DNA of 62,474 nucleotides, the filler included, from an uncultured bacterium (lineage in GTDB: Bacteria > Hinthialibacterota > Hinthialibacteria > Hinthialibacterales > Hinthialibacteraceae), in assembly GCA_964449065.1 (NCBI GenBank). It is 8 parts of 8 records of this genome, joined end to end, with 100 filler letters (N's around TTAATTAATTAA, not from the genome) between each part and the next. Parts side by side here need not be neighbours in the genome. Positions count along the whole stretch, not along the records: positions 54,929 to 62,474 come from CAYVAZ010000255.1; 7 more parts are not named here. The stretch is one strand, 5' to 3'. Both the position numbers and the translations under genes were made by a program. Below the pieces are notes generated by a model that ran no database searches, had not been told where the DNA came from, and was given only the letters and a program-made list of their open reading frames with translations. Below, in pieces: positions 59,351 to 62,474 of the stretch (its first letter is position 1; the number at the start of each line of letters is the position of its first letter).

Positions 59351-61204
59351 ATGATTAGGCGAAGAATAGCGCATGGCATTCTTGTATTATGTTTTGTGAT
59401 TGCTTTAAATGGATACAGCAAAGACGCGGATACGGAATGGCATTATTACGGCCAAAATGCCGGGGGAACGCGGTATTCTTCCTTGGATCAAATCCATACC
59501 TCCAACGTTTCAAAATTGCGGCGTGCTTGGACGTTCCGCACCGGCGATATCGCGAAAGGATCGGCGCACTATGCGGAATGCACACCGTTGGTGGTAGACG
59601 GTGTGATGTATGTAATAACACCATTCTCACGGCTCATCGCTATTGACGCTGTTGCAGGAAACGAACTCTGGCGGTTTACGCCCGATCCACCATTGATTAC
59701 AAAAGAAACCGGCGGGGGCGGCTTAGCGAGTAGAGGAGTGGCCTATTGGTCGGATGGGGAGGAAATGCGCATTTTTCTTCCTGTCCGTGATGGACGGTTG
59801 TATTCCATCAATACTGACACACACAAACCGGACCCGAATTTTGGCAAAGAGGGATACATCAACCTTCGGGATGGTCTGCGAAACAAAGGTTCCATGGTGT
59901 TTTTAAGTTCCCCTCCCACGGTTTACAAAACCTTTTTGATTCAGCCTTATGGGGTTAACGACACATCTTCCAACCGGGCGCCTTATGTCCCCCTGCGCGC
60001 GTTTGATACCCGCACCGGTGAAGAGGTTTGGCGTTTCGATACCGTTCCGCGTCCCGGAGAGTATGGCAATGAAACGTGGATCAACACATCGTGGAAAGAC
60101 CGCGGCGGGTGCAATCCCTGGTCGATCATCAGTGTGGATGAAGAGAACGGGATTTTTTATGTCCCGACGGGCGCGCCGAACAACGATAAATACGGCGGCG
60201 ACCGGCATGGCGATAATTTGTTCGGCAACTGCATCTTGGCGTTGAATGCGGAAACCGGGGAACGGATATGGCACTTTCAGACGGTGCATCATGATGTGTG
60301 GGATTATGATATGCCCGCCATGCCGAATGTGGTTGATTTGAACATTGACGGTGAGACGTTTCCCGCGGTTGCGGTGGTTGGTAAGACCGGCTTTGTCTAC
60401 ATCTTTAACCGCTTAACCGGTGAGCCGCTGTTTCCGATTGAAGAGCGGCCTGTGCCTTCCAGCGATATAGAGGGGGAACAAACATCCAATACGCAGCCGT
60501 TTCCGGTTAAACCGCCTCCGTTTGCGCGGCAGCGTTTAAGCGAAGACGGATTGCACAATCTTGATCCGGAAATTAATCAAGAATTGCGCGACCGGTTGAA
60601 CCAATACCGTTCCTCCGGCGTTTTTACGCCGCCCTCCAAGCAGGGGACAATTGTGTATCCCGGGCAGTTGGGCGGGGGGAATTGGTCCGGCGCGGCGGTG
60701 TCTCCGGACGGCATGATGTATGTGACCGCGAATGAGTTGGCGTACGTGGTAAACCTTCGGGAAGCGGACAATCCCTTTGGATTCGCGCCTCATGCACGGC
60801 ATTTTCGCGATTCCAACGGCTATCCCGCGGTGGCCCCGCCCTGGGGGACATTGACCAAGATCGATTTGATACAGGGCGAATTGGTTTGGCAAAAACCGCT
60901 GGGCGAATTTGATGAATTAAGCAAGCAGGGCATTCCGCCAACCGGGCAGATGAATTTTGGCGGGGGAACCGTGACCGCGGGGGGCTTGGTGTTTATCGCG
61001 GCTTCGATGGACGGCAAGTTTCGCGCGTTTGACGCGGAAACGGGAGAGATTGTGTTTGAAACGCAAATGGAAGCGGCGGGATATGGTGCTCCGGTAACTT
61101 ATTTGGGGAAAGACAGCAAGCAATATGTTGCGGTGTTTGCCGGCGGCGGCGGCAAAGCGGGAACCAAACCGGGCGATTATGTGATAGCATTCGCGTTGGA
61201 TTAA
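59351..61204 (+). CDS. PQQ-dependent dehydrogenase (quinoprotein glucose dehydrogenase-like)
   Basis: W..YG....G.RYS.L.QI, TPLVVDG, RGVAYW, WHFQ.VHHD.WDYD, GGGNW, PPWG and TAGGLVF. Confidence 0.9.
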   Translation: MIRRRIAHGILVLCFVIALNGYSKDADTEWHYYGQNAGGTRYSSLDQIHTSNVSKLRRAWTFRTGDIAKGSAHYAECTPLVVDGVMYVITPFSRLIAIDAVAGNELWRFTPDPPLITKETGGGGLASRGVAYWSDGEEMRIFLPVRDGRLYSINTDTHKPDPNFGKEGYINLRDGLRNKGSMVFLSSPPTVYKTFLIQPYGVNDTSSNRAPYVPLRAFDTRTGEEVWRFDTVPRPGEYGNETWINTSWKDRGGCNPWSIISVDEENGIFYVPTGAPNNDKYGGDRHGDNLFGNCILALNAETGERIWHFQTVHHDVWDYDMPAMPNVVDLNIDGETFPAVAVVGKTGFVYIFNRLTGEPLFPIEERPVPSSDIEGEQTSNTQPFPVKPPPFARQRLSEDGLHNLDPEINQELRDRLNQYRSSGVFTPPSKQGTIVYPGQLGGGNWSGAAVSPDGMMYVTANELAYVVNLREADNPFGFAPHARHFRDSNGYPAVAPPWGTLTKIDLIQGELVWQKPLGEFDELSKQGIPPTGQMNFGGGTVTAGGLVFIAASMDGKFRAFDAETGEIVFETQMEAAGYGAPVTYLGKDSKQYVAVFAGGGGKAGTKPGDYVIAFALD

Positions 61205-61367
61205 TTGATAAGATTATACTGTTTCGATGTAAATTTGTTTGATACTTTCTTTAGAATATGAGTTCATCAGAGTTGAAAGCACCTATCAATTAACCCCCAC
61301 CCAACCTCCCCCATTACATTGGGGGAGGAGTATGGGATCAATCAACATTGAATTGAATCTGTTTTAT

Positions 61368-61694
61368 TTATTGAATCGTGATGAGTTTATCGATATGCAC
61401 CACTTTTAAGGTACGCAATACCATTTCGCTGGGTTGGGTGACGCGAAAGGGGATGTTGTTGGTTTGCAGCAGCCTGGCGATATCCACTAGAACCGATAAT
61501 CCGCCGCTGGAGATGATGCGGGTTTCGCCGAGGTGAAAGACGATGGCCTGGCTTTCATTCAACGATTTTTGCAGTTCCTCTTTCATTTCCATTCCGCCTT
61601 CTTGATCCATCACACCGGAAATATAAAAGATCGTGTTTTGGCCATCATGGCGGATTTGAAACGAAAAACGCGGCCGTGTGGAGGGGGCATTCAT
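61368..61694 (-). CDS. STAS-domain anti-sigma-factor antagonist
   Basis: ISG.MD, IVFHL....ISSGGL.VL and V.R.L.V..ID. Confidence 0.78.
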   Translation of the reverse strand: MNAPSTRPRFSFQIRHDGQNTIFYISGVMDQEGGMEMKEELQKSLNESQAIVFHLGETRIISSGGLSVLVDIARLLQTNNIPFRVTQPSEMVLRTLKVVHIDKLITIQ

Positions 61695-61803
61695 GATCAA
61701 CACCTTCTTTAACATCCAAATGAATATTCCATTGCAATCCATTCCATTTGGTATTGAAGCACAATAAGGGGGATGTTGTCTACCGTTTTTACTCCAAATG
61801 TTT

Positions 61804-62244
61804 TTATTCCAAAATCAATTCATCAAGGTTGCGGTGGCTTCTTCTCATGAAACGGATGCGGCCTAATTGATCGGTAAACTGCCATTTATGATAATAAGGA
61901 ACCATCTCATCCAAACACCATAGATCGATGGTTTCGACATCCACAAGTTTCTGGTGATGGACGGCGGCATCCATCAGTTGCATCCCGATTCCCCGTCCGC
62001 GGTAGTTTGGGTGAACGATGACATCCATAATCACGGCTTTGAAAATGTAGTCGGTTAAGACGCGGCAAAAGCCTGCCAATTCGTTCGATTCTTGATGAAG
62101 AAAGGCGATAAGGATATCCGTATTTTTCACCATGATTTCGGTCTCGCGGAGCGTGCGCCGTTTTGACCACCATTCGTTTTGATACATGCGCCATAAGGAT
62201 TGAATCTGTTCCTCCGTTAATGAATCGGTTTGCAGCAGGTTCAT
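61804..62244 (-). CDS. GNAT-family N-acetyltransferase
   Basis: GFCRVLTD and DVIVHP.YRGRGIG. Confidence 0.88.
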   Translation of the reverse strand: MNLLQTDSLTEEQIQSLWRMYQNEWWSKRRTLRETEIMVKNTDILIAFLHQESNELAGFCRVLTDYIFKAVIMDVIVHPNYRGRGIGMQLMDAAVHHQKLVDVETIDLWCLDEMVPYYHKWQFTDQLGRIRFMRRSHRNLDELILE

Positions 62245-62329
62245 TGCTATTCCCTTCCATTCTCAGACGCCATTTTTGACGACTGTTTCCCGTATAAAAT
62301 CAGCGGATTTCCAGTAAATTAACCCTAAG

Positions 62330-62474
62330 TACTCTGTCCATCAAAAAATGACGGCTGGCTATCCGTTGTATCCCTACTTGTAAAGGGGGGGCTAGGGTCA
62401 ATGTCATTGATTTAAGCATTCAAACTTGAGAACGCAATATCTTCTCCCCCAAGTTTGGGGGAGACACAGAGGGG
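62330..62474. mobile_element. Second copy of MITE C with nested element E, truncated at the window end
   Basis: Reverse-complement match to 20116-20259, including the C/E junction at 62399. Confidence 0.65.

Overview
The window is eight unlinked bacterial contigs (7880, 7863, 7847, 7727, 7724, 7601, 7586 and 7546 bp, in descending size). They are joined by artificial 100-nt N/TTAATTAATTAA linkers, so adjacency across a linker carries no meaning. Gene style suggests a diderm candidate-phylum MAG, possibly Hinthialibacterota/Sumerlaeota-like (inference only). Housekeeping content: bshC, prfB with its +1 programmed frameshift, tRNA-Val(CAC), tRNA-Ser(GGA), rplI, rpmA, hisH/hisF, ATP-PFK, ferritin, family-5 UDG, ROK kinase and a tandem pair of dTMP-kinase-like genes. 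There is also a TetR-RND efflux locus with a broken permease, glycosyltransferases, five type II toxin-antitoxin modules (three with damaged toxins) and dense REP/MITE-like palindromic repeats. The most unusual items are: (1) a PilB/GspE-family ATPase fused behind a signal peptide, a periplasmic TPR region, membrane helices and a Zn ribbon, in an operon with TPR and FGE-sulfatase-domain proteins; (2) a shared C-terminal octapeptide motif, x-[IV]-x-x-[WY]-x-x-[YK]-COOH, on three unrelated probably exported proteins, a candidate sorting signal; (3) a riboswitch-like leader with SD/anti-SD/anti-anti-SD pairings upstream of a pseudopilin gene. No CRISPR array, rRNA, transposase or reverse transcriptase was seen.
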